From: an uncultured virus (IMG/VR IMGVR_UViG_3300032167_007731)
Lineage: Duplodnaviria > Heunggongvirae > Uroviricota > Caudoviricetes
Reading direction: 5' to 3' (one strand)
Virus record (IMG/VR): IMGVR_UViG_3300032167_007731
DNA length: 49,408 nucleotides
The translations under genes were made by a program, and so were the position numbers. The notes below the pieces were generated by a model. It did not search any database. It saw only the letters and a list, made by a program, of their open reading frames with translations, and was not told the DNA's origin. Position 1 is the first letter of the stretch. The number at the start of each line of letters is the position of its first letter. Shown one piece after another: positions 19,879 to 29,818 of the stretch.

Positions 19879-21342
19879 TTAATTCTGTGCAGAAGCATCC
19901 ACAAAAGTACAACTACCTAATGAACAATTTAATTCAATAGGGTCAAACTGTTTATGGTTACGAGAAGGAATGGATAATATTCTCATTCTACCTTGTTTTA
20001 ATTCTTCTACATTCGCATATAAAGCAAGGTTTACGTCAGGTGTTTTAATAACTTCATAAGATTCACCAGCAGCATCACGAAGTTCTGTATTTACTATATC
20101 TGCTGCATCCATTTTACTCAATGAACCTGTTGCTGTCTGTTTCAACTGACCTGGGAATATACCTGCTATTTTATTACCTTTAAGATACTGAAGTGTTTTC
20201 TGATATGCTTCAGCAACTCTTTCCTGTTTACTTGCCCTACCACTACCTTGAACTAACTGTAAGTAGTCAATACAAATTAACTTAATATCATTCATTTTTA
20301 CAGCATTATCAATAATCTCTAAAAATGTATCTATATCAAAATCTTCATCTAATGAAGTAATTTTTCCATAGGTATGATTACTCTTTAAGTCAGTCCAAGA
20401 AGCTAATTCCATATCTTTTACATCAGGTGGTAAACTACCTTTTCTAATCATATCATCATCTACCCACCTACGTTGAGAACCGTCACTTGCATGACTATTA
20501 TAAAAATGTTCAAAATGTCTTGCTCTCATAAGAGCTTCCCAACCTTTATAACCATTTTCTATAGACCACATCAAAATATTAGTTCCATGAATTACAGCAT
20601 TATGTAACATAAAAGTAGCCATACGAGACTTACCACCTTTTGCAGGTGCAAGAAGTGAAACCATTTCACCCTCCCAAATACCACCTACATGGTCATCTAA
20701 TGACTTAATACCATAAGGTGCAACTAACTTTACAGCCTCTTTTTCTCTATCTGCATCATCCATATCATTGATACCATAAGTTATTATACCTTTTCTCTCT
20801 TTCTTTTCAGTTAATTCATCAAGAGTTTTAAAACCTGTATTTAAATGAGCACGCATATCCTCATACCCTACTTTTGTTTTATAACCCTGTTTAACACCCT
20901 CTGAAAGAATTTGAGCACTTTCCTCTAACAATGCAATACTCTTATCATTTATATAATGCATTTTATAAATTTCAAGACTTTCCATAAATTCACCATTAGT
21001 GAATGTTACCTTTTGTAATTCATCATGCAAAGTTAAACAACTCTGCAAAAACTCTACATAAGGGTCATCATCTGATGTCATTTTAAATCTTTGTAATATA
21101 ACATTAGGTGATTTTTCTAATGACGCTCTATTAGAAATCAAGAAACTATTAAAGAATTTCTTACTTAAAGATAGTTTAGGATATGTTTTTACCAATACAG
21201 CCAACACATAATATTCATCCTCAAATACTTTTGAATCATTAAATGTTTTCAAAAATTCCTGACGACGAACTTCCCAACCCTCTTCACTTACTTTCAGCAT
21301 ACCTGAAAATATTATATTTTTTGTTGCTACAATATCATCCAT
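19879..21342 (-). CDS. dnaB: DnaB-like SF4 replicative helicase
   Basis: Walker A APAKGGKS, WSIE (H1a), CIDYLQL (H2), PGQL (H3). Confidence 0.85.
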   Translation of the reverse strand: MDDIVATKNIIFSGMLKVSEEGWEVRRQEFLKTFNDSKVFEDEYYVLAVLVKTYPKLSLSKKFFNSFLISNRASLEKSPNVILQRFKMTSDDDPYVEFLQSCLTLHDELQKVTFTNGEFMESLEIYKMHYINDKSIALLEESAQILSEGVKQGYKTKVGYEDMRAHLNTGFKTLDELTEKKERKGIITYGINDMDDADREKEAVKLVAPYGIKSLDDHVGGIWEGEMVSLLAPAKGGKSRMATFMLHNAVIHGTNILMWSIENGYKGWEALMRARHFEHFYNSHASDGSQRRWVDDDMIRKGSLPPDVKDMELASWTDLKSNHTYGKITSLDEDFDIDTFLEIIDNAVKMNDIKLICIDYLQLVQGSGRASKQERVAEAYQKTLQYLKGNKIAGIFPGQLKQTATGSLSKMDAADIVNTELRDAAGESYEVIKTPDVNLALYANVEELKQGRMRILSIPSRNHKQFDPIELNCSLGSCTFVDASAQN

Positions 21343-21369
21343 AACTAATCTATTCTCCTAACATATAAG

Positions 21370-22233
21370 TTATTTCTTCTTATTTACATATTTATGATTT
21401 GGTAAAACTATTACTTCACGAGGTATATCTTTTAATGCACTTCTTTTACTTGCTGGAACATTATATAAAAATACTATTCTATTATTTAAATAATATAAAT
21501 TTATAAAAGCCACTAACGCATTTATCACTTCAGCAGATAAAAACTCACAATCCAAGAAATAAATACCTCTATGTTTACCCCTCACTAATAAAACTTCTAT
21601 TAACTTAAAGAAAACAAACACATCATCATCTTTTATATCCTCTATACTTTCTAAAGCTATACCTTTATATGTGTATTCTATTTTCTTTGTTTTCTCATTC
21701 ATTGTTATATCATAATCAGAGAAATTACAAGCAACAGCAGTAATTAAACTATCTATAAACCTTCTACTTCTCTTTTCTTTATTCTGTATTAAACCATCAT
21801 TTATTAAATGGTCTGAAAACATCATTTGACCTTCTGCTAAAATATCCTCATTACGAGTAAAATATAATTTTTCATTAAATAAATCTCTATATAAATTAAA
21901 TACTATTAAACCATATTTTGCTAAAGTATCTTCTTCACCCTCAAAATTTCTAAAACATACATACTCTTTTGTTTTAGTTAAAGTACCAATAAAGAAATTA
22001 CCTAATTCAAATTCATCAATATCTGTCTCATGTTTATTTATTAAATCCCTAAAACCATAAACCAATGATATTATATAATCATTAGTTGCTGCTTGTTTTG
22101 TTCTTCCATTTGAACCCGCTATTTTTAACTCAAATATGGGTGCATCCCACCCTTTGACTCTTGGAATATCTTTTTCAAAGGGTGGGGTATCATTAGAATA
22201 CTTAAACTTTAAATACATATTTTTCTTACTCAT
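21370..22233 (-). CDS. Hypothetical protein, probably a degenerate ABC-type (AAA_21-like) ATPase
   Basis: IAGSNGRTKQ at the Walker A position; GIYFLDCEFLSAEVINALVAFI at the Walker B/D-loop position; IVFLYN at the H-loop position. Confidence 0.5.
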   Translation of the reverse strand: MSKKNMYLKFKYSNDTPPFEKDIPRVKGWDAPIFELKIAGSNGRTKQAATNDYIISLVYGFRDLINKHETDIDEFELGNFFIGTLTKTKEYVCFRNFEGEEDTLAKYGLIVFNLYRDLFNEKLYFTRNEDILAEGQMMFSDHLINDGLIQNKEKRSRRFIDSLITAVACNFSDYDITMNEKTKKIEYTYKGIALESIEDIKDDDVFVFFKLIEVLLVRGKHRGIYFLDCEFLSAEVINALVAFINLYYLNNRIVFLYNVPASKRSALKDIPREVIVLPNHKYVNKKK

Positions 22234-22267
22234 ATGAGATACCCCACTTTCAATTCTATTTTAAAAC

Positions 22268-24532
22268 TTATCTTCTCTTAACTACAATTTTATCATAGAA
22301 CTCTTTGTTAAAGTTGTCTTTCTTATTAACAACTCTAAATCCACCTTTGAATCTTTCAGGTTCAGCAACTAATTCAGCCAAATTTTCTTCTGTCATACTA
22401 GTTACTTCTACTATCTTATCACCTTTACCTACTCTAATAAGTTTAGTACGAGCAGTTCTCTTTTTCTCAATAAACTTACTCTCTACAATACCTATTTTAC
22501 CCATTTTGGTCTTTAAGACAATATAACCCTTATCCAATCTTACTCTACCAATCATTTGATTTATATAGGCAGGACAAAGACCAACATCAGTTATCTTTAA
22601 TCTTCTTTTTGCACTATACCATTCATTATAATCAATTACTGCTATATAACCATCATCATACATATAACCCATTTTCTTATTCGCTACTACTGCAATATCT
22701 AAAATCTTAAATTCATCAATATTATCAAAGTAACGAGGGAGATATGTACCCTTTTCATTTGGACTATTAAAGTCTAAATCTTCAAGCATTACCCTTAACA
22801 ATCTACCATTACTGTCAAGATAACTTACAATATCATCTGACATACATTTAACAGCACCAGGTAAAGCAGCATTTGAAGGTACCCCTTTTAATTTCTTTAA
22901 GAACATACCATTGCAAATTATAACTACAGGCACAGGTTCAGGTTTTGTTTTCTTAACTGTTTCAAATGTATAGTCATCAGTAGTAATTTCAGTTTTTCTT
23001 GGGAATTTATATTTCTTATTTAATTCCTCTAATTCACGAACTATTCTACCACCAACATTTTCAAAATCTGCCTCCTGTGAAGCCTTTTCTGCTCTTAATT
23101 CTTCTAAATAACTTCTTTGTTTATTTCCTACACCCTTTAAACTTCTCAAACTTCTATCCAAAATCCAGTCAAATATAGCTTCATCTGCATCTGGATAATA
23201 ACCACGAAGTAAATCTTTTGTAGGTTGATAATCACTTGTTTCATCTTTTAACAAAGTTTCCAAAAAGACATCTCTCTTATCAGTTGTCATTAAATCTACT
23301 AATATGTCATATCTTTCAATCAATGCACCTAGTCTATCAATATCTTTTTTAATCTCTGTTTTTAATACTTCTTCTCTAAATTTTACCCACTCTTTAATTA
23401 CATCATAAACACCTAAAACAACAGGCTTATTATCTATAATTAAAACAATATTTGAAGTAATCTGCATTTGTAAATTACTTACCCTTAATACTTCTTTTAA
23501 TACACTATCTACCAACTTTTTAGAAGAACATTCAATAGTTAAACGAAGACCTGTTTTATCACATTCATCTTTAACATCATTTACACCAGCTAAATCTTTA
23601 ACTGCATTTTTTATTTCTTCTACTGTTGTATAATAAGGTATTTCATCAATTACAATTATTTTACCCTCAATATGCCATTTACCACGAAGTTTTATCTTTG
23701 CATTACCTGTTCTCATTAACTTTTTCAATTCAGTTTCATTAAGAACATAACAACCACCTGTTGTAAAATCAGGTGCTAAACCTTTCTTGATTTCACCTGT
23801 TTTAATATATTCAATAGTTGCCTTATTAACTTCATGAAAATTAAAACTTGGTATATTTGAAGCAAGACCTACAGCAATACCCTGTGAAGTATTACATAAA
23901 ATACTTGGATAACTTACAGGTAACAATAAAGGTTCTTTCAACTTATTATCATAAGATGGTATCATTTCAATACCATCCATACCTCTAAAACATTCATCAG
24001 CAATCTTTGTAAACATACATTCTGTATAACGAGCTGCTGCAGGTTTTTCATCAGTTGAAAATACATGACCAAATGAACCTTTACCTTTAATAAAAGGAGT
24101 ATTTAAATACATAGCCTCATCTGTCATACGAACCATTGTATCATAAATTGAAGCATCACCATGAGGGTGAATTTTCATTGTTGTACCTGCAATACCACCA
24201 CATTTTGTAAAATCCTTAGTTAAATCATTATCTCTTTCTAAATATTTCATAGCATACATAATTCTACGCTGTGAAGGTTTAAAACCATCAATAGCAGGAA
24301 TTGCTCTGTCTAAAACAACTTCCTTTGCATAATCAAGATAACCATTTACTAAAAATCTTAAACTTTCTGGTATATTTCTCTGATAAGCCTTTTTATCAAC
24401 TTCTACTACATCACTTGTTTCTTCATTTTCTACAATTTCAGTAGTTTCTGTTTCTATATTATCAACTTCTTCTATATTTTCAGAAGGAGTTAATTCTTCA
24501 TTTATATTCATATCATCATTAAAACTCATCAT
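22268..24532 (-). CDS. gyrA: Type IIA topoisomerase subunit A (GyrA/ParC family)
   Basis: RAIPAIDGFKPSQRR, HPHGDASIYD, AAARYTE (catalytic Tyr), GIAVGLASNIP, PDFTTG; divergent CTD with no GyrA-box seen. Confidence 0.95.
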   Translation of the reverse strand: MMSFNDDMNINEELTPSENIEEVDNIETETTEIVENEETSDVVEVDKKAYQRNIPESLRFLVNGYLDYAKEVVLDRAIPAIDGFKPSQRRIMYAMKYLERDNDLTKDFTKCGGIAGTTMKIHPHGDASIYDTMVRMTDEAMYLNTPFIKGKGSFGHVFSTDEKPAAARYTECMFTKIADECFRGMDGIEMIPSYDNKLKEPLLLPVSYPSILCNTSQGIAVGLASNIPSFNFHEVNKATIEYIKTGEIKKGLAPDFTTGGCYVLNETELKKLMRTGNAKIKLRGKWHIEGKIIVIDEIPYYTTVEEIKNAVKDLAGVNDVKDECDKTGLRLTIECSSKKLVDSVLKEVLRVSNLQMQITSNIVLIIDNKPVVLGVYDVIKEWVKFREEVLKTEIKKDIDRLGALIERYDILVDLMTTDKRDVFLETLLKDETSDYQPTKDLLRGYYPDADEAIFDWILDRSLRSLKGVGNKQRSYLEELRAEKASQEADFENVGGRIVRELEELNKKYKFPRKTEITTDDYTFETVKKTKPEPVPVVIICNGMFLKKLKGVPSNAALPGAVKCMSDDIVSYLDSNGRLLRVMLEDLDFNSPNEKGTYLPRYFDNIDEFKILDIAVVANKKMGYMYDDGYIAVIDYNEWYSAKRRLKITDVGLCPAYINQMIGRVRLDKGYIVLKTKMGKIGIVESKFIEKKRTARTKLIRVGKGDKIVEVTSMTEENLAELVAEPERFKGGFRVVNKKDNFNKEFYDKIVVKRR

Positions 24533-24554
24533 TTAACCACCTTTATAAATTATA

Positions 24555-24998
24555 TTAATATTCTAAACCACTTAAACCTGCACCTAATCCTGCTATTCCT
24601 ACTGAAAGAACAAGCATTAAAATCCACATTACAATTACTATACCATACATAATAACCATAAACCAAAATGCAAATTTTCCTGCTTTATTCCAAGATTTTT
24701 GAACTGCATTAAATTCTTCTACTGTTTTCCAAGTACCACTATTCATTGCCCATTCATTACCTTTTGCACCACAAACAAACATCCAAATTAAATTCAAAAA
24801 AGGTACAAAAATTAATAAAGGTAAATAACAACCATTTGCAATACCCCAAATCCAATTATACATAAATGCACCCCAATTCCAACCTGTTACTGGTTGAACT
24901 CTACCTTGATTATAATGAGGTGTTCTTTCTACATACTGATTTTGATATGTAGGTTCTTGAATAGGTTGATTATTCTGATAATTATTATTCATATCCAT
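24555..24998 (-). CDS. Small integral membrane protein (GWNWGAF family)
   Basis: GWNWGAFMYNWIWG, GAKGNEWA, FxxVQKxW motifs; 2-3 TM helices. Confidence 0.75.
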   Translation of the reverse strand: MDMNNNYQNNQPIQEPTYQNQYVERTPHYNQGRVQPVTGWNWGAFMYNWIWGIANGCYLPLLIFVPFLNLIWMFVCGAKGNEWAMNSGTWKTVEEFNAVQKSWNKAGKFAFWFMVIMYGIVIVMWILMLVLSVGIAGLGAGLSGLEY

Positions 24999-25011
24999 AA
25001 CAATTTACCTC

Positions 25012-25482
25012 CTAATTATTTTTATTATTTATCATTTCTAAACAAAGAGGACATAAACCTGAATTTATATTCTCAGTACCCTCTAATATTTCACCACAAC
25101 GACCACAAAAACCAAAATGTTCTACTATAAAATGGATGGGGAGTTTAGGAGCATTACGCAATACATATAACAAACCTTTAATGCGAATGTCATCCTCTGT
25201 TAAGTTACCATTTTCACCCTTACGATAATCATAATAACCTACATTTTCATAAAAATAACCTGCATATATATCACCTAAACCTGATTCTACATACACATAA
25301 TACATATTTTTTCTATCCTTACTCTTTTTTATTTTATATGTATATTCATTTTGACTTTTTAAATTTTCTATCTTAAATCTACTTTTACCTGATAATACAA
25401 ATTTTCTTATACTTGCATTATCTACTATACCTTTTATAATTTTCTTTTCTTCACTATTTTCAAATAACTCTTTATTATCCAT
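25012..25482 (-). CDS. Phage-type hypothetical protein with C-terminal Zn finger (DUF6011-like)
   Basis: HFGFCGRCGEILEGTENINSGLCPLC; GAGGTG RBS. Confidence 0.65.
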   Translation of the reverse strand: MDNKELFENSEEKKIIKGIVDNASIRKFVLSGKSRFKIENLKSQNEYTYKIKKSKDRKNMYYVYVESGLGDIYAGYFYENVGYYDYRKGENGNLTEDDIRIKGLLYVLRNAPKLPIHFIVEHFGFCGRCGEILEGTENINSGLCPLCLEMINNKNN

Positions 25483-25548
25483 TTCCTAAACTCACCTCTC
25501 TCCATAATATAATATTTTATGTTATTTTTATATTATAAAGTCCCACTT

Positions 25549-25558
25549 TTTATGTCCA
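25549..25558 (-). promoter_or_regulatory. Recurring upstream motif TGGACATAAA
   Basis: Immediately after the gyrB stop, 67 nt before the 25482 start; a TATAAT lies 15 nt after TGGACA. Confidence 0.45.
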
Positions 25559-26002
25559 TTACACAACAGAGTTTTCAACCTCTAAATCTACAAGACCTTC
25601 TGATAACATTTCAAAAATATAATCTTTTCTCTCATTATCAGTATCATTACCAAATAACATATTTGACATTTTTACTACACTTTCTTCAACTATATCCATA
25701 GTTAAAGGCACTAATCTACGAGTTTCAGGATTCATTGTTGTCATCCATAACATTTCCTTAGTATTTTCACCAAGTCCTTTTGAACGATGAATTTTCTTAA
25801 ATTTCTTACCCTTTTTCTCTAAATCTGCCAATATTTTATTCTTTTCTTCTACACTATATGCAAATACACTACCATCTTTACCACCTAAAACTATTTCAAA
25901 CAAAGGAGTTTCTGCAACATATACTTTTCCTTTTCTCAATAATTCTGGCATTAAACGATAGAATACTGTATATAACAACACTCTAATTTGAAAACCGTCA
26001 AC
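25559..26002 (-). CDS. gyrB: GyrB/ParE exon 2 (147 aa)
   Basis: GTT GAC GGT TTT CAA ATT AGA = VDGFQIR in frame with the tracked ORF (LLYTVFYRLMPEL...ETPLF...RSKGLGE...TTMNPETRRL). Confidence 0.93.
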   Translation of the reverse strand, partial: VDGFQIRVLLYTVFYRLMPELLRKGKVYVAETPLFEIVLGGKDGSVFAYSVEEKNKILADLEKKGKKFKKIHRSKGLGENTKEMLWMTTMNPETRRLVPLTMDIVEESVVKMSNMLFGNDTDNERKDYIFEMLSEGLVDLEVENSVV

Positions 26003-27248
26003 CCTTTATACCCTGCATTACTGCATATTTATATATTTCTTATAAATATTATATTTCCTATCCATATATACTGTACTATTTCTATACATTTCATTTAATA
26101 CAAATAATGCTTTTTTATGTGTATAATGTATATCACTAATACTTCTTGTTTTTACAATATTTTTACTACATCCTAAATTTTCAAAATATTTTGTTATACC
26201 TAATAATAAATCTTTATTACCACAAATATGTACTCCCAAACATTTATCTCTTTTAGCATAATATACACTACCATCTCCGTCAAAAACACCACGAATAAAA
26301 TGTCTTTGTAAATGTAAAGGTATTTTTGGAAATTGTTCAAGAAATGTTTTATTTTCAACTATACCATATTTTCCTAAATCATTATATAATTTTTCAGAGC
26401 ATATTAAAATCCTTGCTATTTTACTATCTTGTTTATACCCTTTTCCATTATATATTTTTATTTCATAAGTAGCATTCATATCTTTCTTAAATTTTTCTAA
26501 ATGACCTTTATCTTCTACTTTTAACCCTATACATAAATATTTACCATAATCATGAGTTTGAACATATCCATCTGCAAGGATAAAACCTAACCAATATGCT
26601 TTCTTCTCTGTATCTATTGTCTCAAAAAAGTTTTCATTGCAATAATATTTACGAGAAGTTATTTTTTGATTTCTTATAGGTATATTATGTTCTTTTAAAT
26701 ATTTTGAAAGATTATTTCTACTTATATGATATTGTTCTGCAATTTCTCTTAAAGATTTACCATTTATATATTCTTTAACATACTTTTCATACATTTTATC
26801 ACCTACTTTTAATAGATGATTTATAAGAAATATAGGGAGTAGACTATATCATTATCTACCAAATATTATAAATTTTAATATCAATATGTATAAAACATAT
26901 TTCCCAAGATTTAATCTTGTGGTTTAGATATACTGCACTTCCATTTAAGAGATTTTCACTCACTTGCTTTCACAAGCCGTACACCTATTGACTTTTATTT
27001 ATACAGACAGTCCATTGGGTTAGTCGTTGAGGCCAACTCTATTCAAGTCGTGCCTGCTGATTAGTGATTTTGTTTTCAGACTTTTAGGGTTTCCCCTTGA
27101 GTTATCCATATTTTTATTTCTGTCTTTCGACCACATTCATATAGATTTATTTCATCCTATATTGTAGTAAATATGGCTTTACACCTTCCCAGCATATCAC
27201 AGTATTTTTTATCCCACACCATTTCTGATATGGGCGACATTGCTACAT
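26003..27248 (-). mobile_element. Group I self-splicing intron (1246 nt) in gyrB, carrying a homing endonuclease
   Basis: 5' exon ends GGCGAU and pairs with intron GUCGCC (P1, U-G at the splice site); P element UGCUGGGAA (~27186-27194), Q AAUCAGCAGG (~27053-27062), R UCAACGACUA (27021-27030), S AUGAUAUAGUCU (~26841-26852); P3 AUACUG/CAGUAU; P7 GACUA/UAGUC; terminal omega-G at 26003; excision restores TTDGD|VDGFQIR. Confidence 0.93.
26018..26794 (-). CDS. Intron-encoded LAGLIDADG homing endonuclease with N-terminal HTH
   Basis: Two motifs YWLGFILADG and FIRGVFDGDG; N-terminal KSLREIAEQYHISRNNLSKYLK; own AGGTG RBS; lies between P7 3' strand and omega-G (P9 region). Confidence 0.92.
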   Translation of the reverse strand: MYEKYVKEYINGKSLREIAEQYHISRNNLSKYLKEHNIPIRNQKITSRKYYCNENFFETIDTEKKAYWLGFILADGYVQTHDYGKYLCIGLKVEDKGHLEKFKKDMNATYEIKIYNGKGYKQDSKIARILICSEKLYNDLGKYGIVENKTFLEQFPKIPLHLQRHFIRGVFDGDGSVYYAKRDKCLGVHICGNKDLLLGITKYFENLGCSKNIVKTRSISDIHYTHKKALFVLNEMYRNSTVYMDRKYNIYKKYINMQ

Positions 27249-28775
27249 ATCGCCATCTGTTGTTAAGATTACTTTATCAAACTGCAATTTATTTATATCA
27301 AATAAATCTTCACTACCACCTATATCTACACCACAGCCTAATGTTGTAATCAAATCTTTTATAACCTTATTTTCAAGAACTTGTTCAATAGGAGCCTTCA
27401 AACAATTCAATGTTTTACCTCTTACAGGTAATAATGCTTGGAATTTACTATCACGAGCATTTTTACAGGAGCCTAAAGCTGAATCACCCTCAAGGATAAA
27501 TAGTTCTTTTTCTTTTGGGTCATTACTTCTACAATCTACATATTTCTCTGCCTTAACTTTTTTACCACCTGTTGTCTTACGAATCAATCTTTCTTGACTC
27601 TCCAACTCTTTTGCTTTTTTACGAGCAATAGCAGCATTAACTACATTTTCCATTAAGACATTCATACTGTTAAGACCTTTTGCAACTGATTCCTCTAACA
27701 AATCACTTACAGTCTTTTTAACCAAATCATAAATAAATTTATTATCTACACCATCTTTGGTCTGATTTGCAAATGAAGTAATATTACTATAACTACTTAC
27801 TAAAATACTTAAATAATCATTATAGTCATAAGGCATAATTGTTACACCATTTTTCTTACCTAATGCCTTAAAGAAACCACTTACTGCATCTTGAACTGCT
27901 TGAATATGATAACCTGTTGTCATTGTTGCAGTATTATGAAAGAATAATTGCTTACTTTCTGTTTCTTCTGTTATAGCCAAACATAACTCACAAACAGCAG
28001 TATATCTTTGATTTCTTTCCTCAAAACCCTCTGTTTTCTCTTTCTTCTGCAATACTTCTATTACATTATCACCTACTTGCTCACGAAGATAATATTCAAT
28101 ACCTTTACCTTCAAAACGAGCAGTTTCACCTGACTTTTCATCTGTTAATGTAAAGTTTACCTCATTTATATGAGCCTGACCCTCACAATACTCTAAAAAG
28201 TCTTTAAACTTAAAGTTTGTATTCCTAAATACTTCATTATCAATTTTCCACTTAATAAATGTACCATGCTGTTCTTCATCCAAAGTTACCTCAATAGGCT
28301 TTTTCATATCAGAAGGATTACCTTTTGCAAACTCCTTCTTATACATTTTATCACCCTGATAACTCTCTACAATAAAATACTCTGATACATACTGAACTGC
28401 TGCAGCACCTAAACCATTCAAACCAACTGAGAACTTATAAACTTCATCATCCTCATATTTACCACCTGCATACAATTCATTAAATACTAAATCCCAATTC
28501 CAACGCTCTTCAGACTGATTCCAACCCATAGGAACACCACGACCATAATCTCGAACTGAAATTGCACCATCCTTATAATATACAACCTCAATCTCTTTAC
28601 CATAGCCACCACGAGCCTCATCCAAAGAGTTACCTAAAATCTCCTTAAATGTGTGAAAAGCACCTTTAATATTATCTGAACCAAACATTACACCTGGTCT
28701 TAAACGCACTCTATCCGCACCTTTTAGAGATTTTATGCTGTCATCATTGTAATTAGTGTCCAACTTTTTTGACAT
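27249..28775 (-). CDS. gyrB: GyrB/ParE exon 1 (509 aa); spliced product 656 aa
   Basis: VRLRPGVM, EILGNSLDE, RDYGRGVP, AGGKY, GLNGLG (GHKL), FANQTK, LEGDSA, PVRGK, VILTTDGD; GGAGG RBS. Confidence 0.95.
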
Positions 28776-28822
28776 CGCATTAACCTCCTAAATATTTAAT
28801 TTTCAAATTAACATAAAATATA

Positions 28823-29818
28823 TCATAAGGTATCAGAAAAATCATTTACTACTTTTTCTTCTTTACCCTTATAACCACTTAAATTATAACCTTTTACTTC
28901 CAAAGGATTATCTATACCACCCTCTAAAGCACCTTTACTTCTTAACCAACCATGCTCACGAGCAGTTGCCTCTTGATTTTTACCTATTAATAAATAAGGT
29001 GTCAAACGACTTAATTTTCTATTACCCCATTTATCAAACAAATATTTCTCTCTTGTTAAATCAAAATATGTAGTAGAGAAAACATAAGTAGGTAAATCTC
29101 TTTGACCTCTTTCTTCCAAAAAACCTGCAAACATTGGTAAATTTTCATCCAATGTACCACCATTATCAAATATAATACAAACGCTGGCACGAAGATAATC
29201 ACTATAAGTCAATTTTGTCCTATAATACCAATCTGCACCCTCACCTGCTAATCTATTAAAACTACTTATATAACTTATATCTGATTCATTCCTTATTGGA
29301 ACACTTGCATAACCTTGTAAAGCAAGTAAACCACATAAATTATTTATGGTTGTAGCAGGAAGAACACTCATATTTTTTTCAAATGCCACACGTTGTAGTG
29401 TATAAGCAAAGGGTTTTAAGTCTAATAAATTTGGATTGGCATAAAAGAACAAACTATTCATATATAAATTGTTTTCTATTGCCAACACATTATACATATC
29501 TTCCATTACTTCTCTTAATTGTCTTACAGAATCCCTAATACAATTATTTATTATATCATCATTCTTAAACATATTAGACACATTTGTTACCCAACAATCT
29601 GCCATTTCTTTATTTCTATTATCTCGATATTCCCTATATTCCAAAGGTATTTTCAAAATGTCAAACAAATTTTCACCATTTGGCAACTTACCATCTAATA
29701 ATAAACTATTACCCTTTGGTCCATGTATAGGACAAGGCTCCCATCTACCCTTAAATAAAATCTGACCTAATGAATTACAACCATGAGGACATCCTGCATT
29801 ATTTATCATAACAATCAA
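28823..29818 (-). CDS. DnaC/DnaI/IstB-like helicase-loader homolog with degenerate Walker motifs
   Basis: N-terminal CPHGC...CPIH; IPLEYR; SLFFYANPNLLDLKPFAYTL at the Walker A position; ASVCIIFDNG at Walker B; LEERGQRDLPTYVFST ~ IDxRYxxxxPTIITSN. Confidence 0.55.
   Translation of the reverse strand: MIVMINNAGCPHGCNSLGQILFKGRWEPCPIHGPKGNSLLLDGKLPNGENLFDILKIPLEYREYRDNRNKEMADCWVTNVSNMFKNDDIINNCIRDSVRQLREVMEDMYNVLAIENNLYMNSLFFYANPNLLDLKPFAYTLQRVAFEKNMSVLPATTINNLCGLLALQGYASVPIRNESDISYISSFNRLAGEGADWYYRTKLTYSDYLRASVCIIFDNGGTLDENLPMFAGFLEERGQRDLPTYVFSTTYFDLTREKYLFDKWGNRKLSRLTPYLLIGKNQEATAREHGWLRSKGALEGGIDNPLEVKGYNLSGYKGKEEKVVNDFSDTL

Noticed and set aside
25559..28775. gyrB as a pseudogene, natural two-gene split or intein carrier
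   Set aside because: In-frame stop and non-coding RNA core exclude an intein; precise group I boundaries restore the intact motif.
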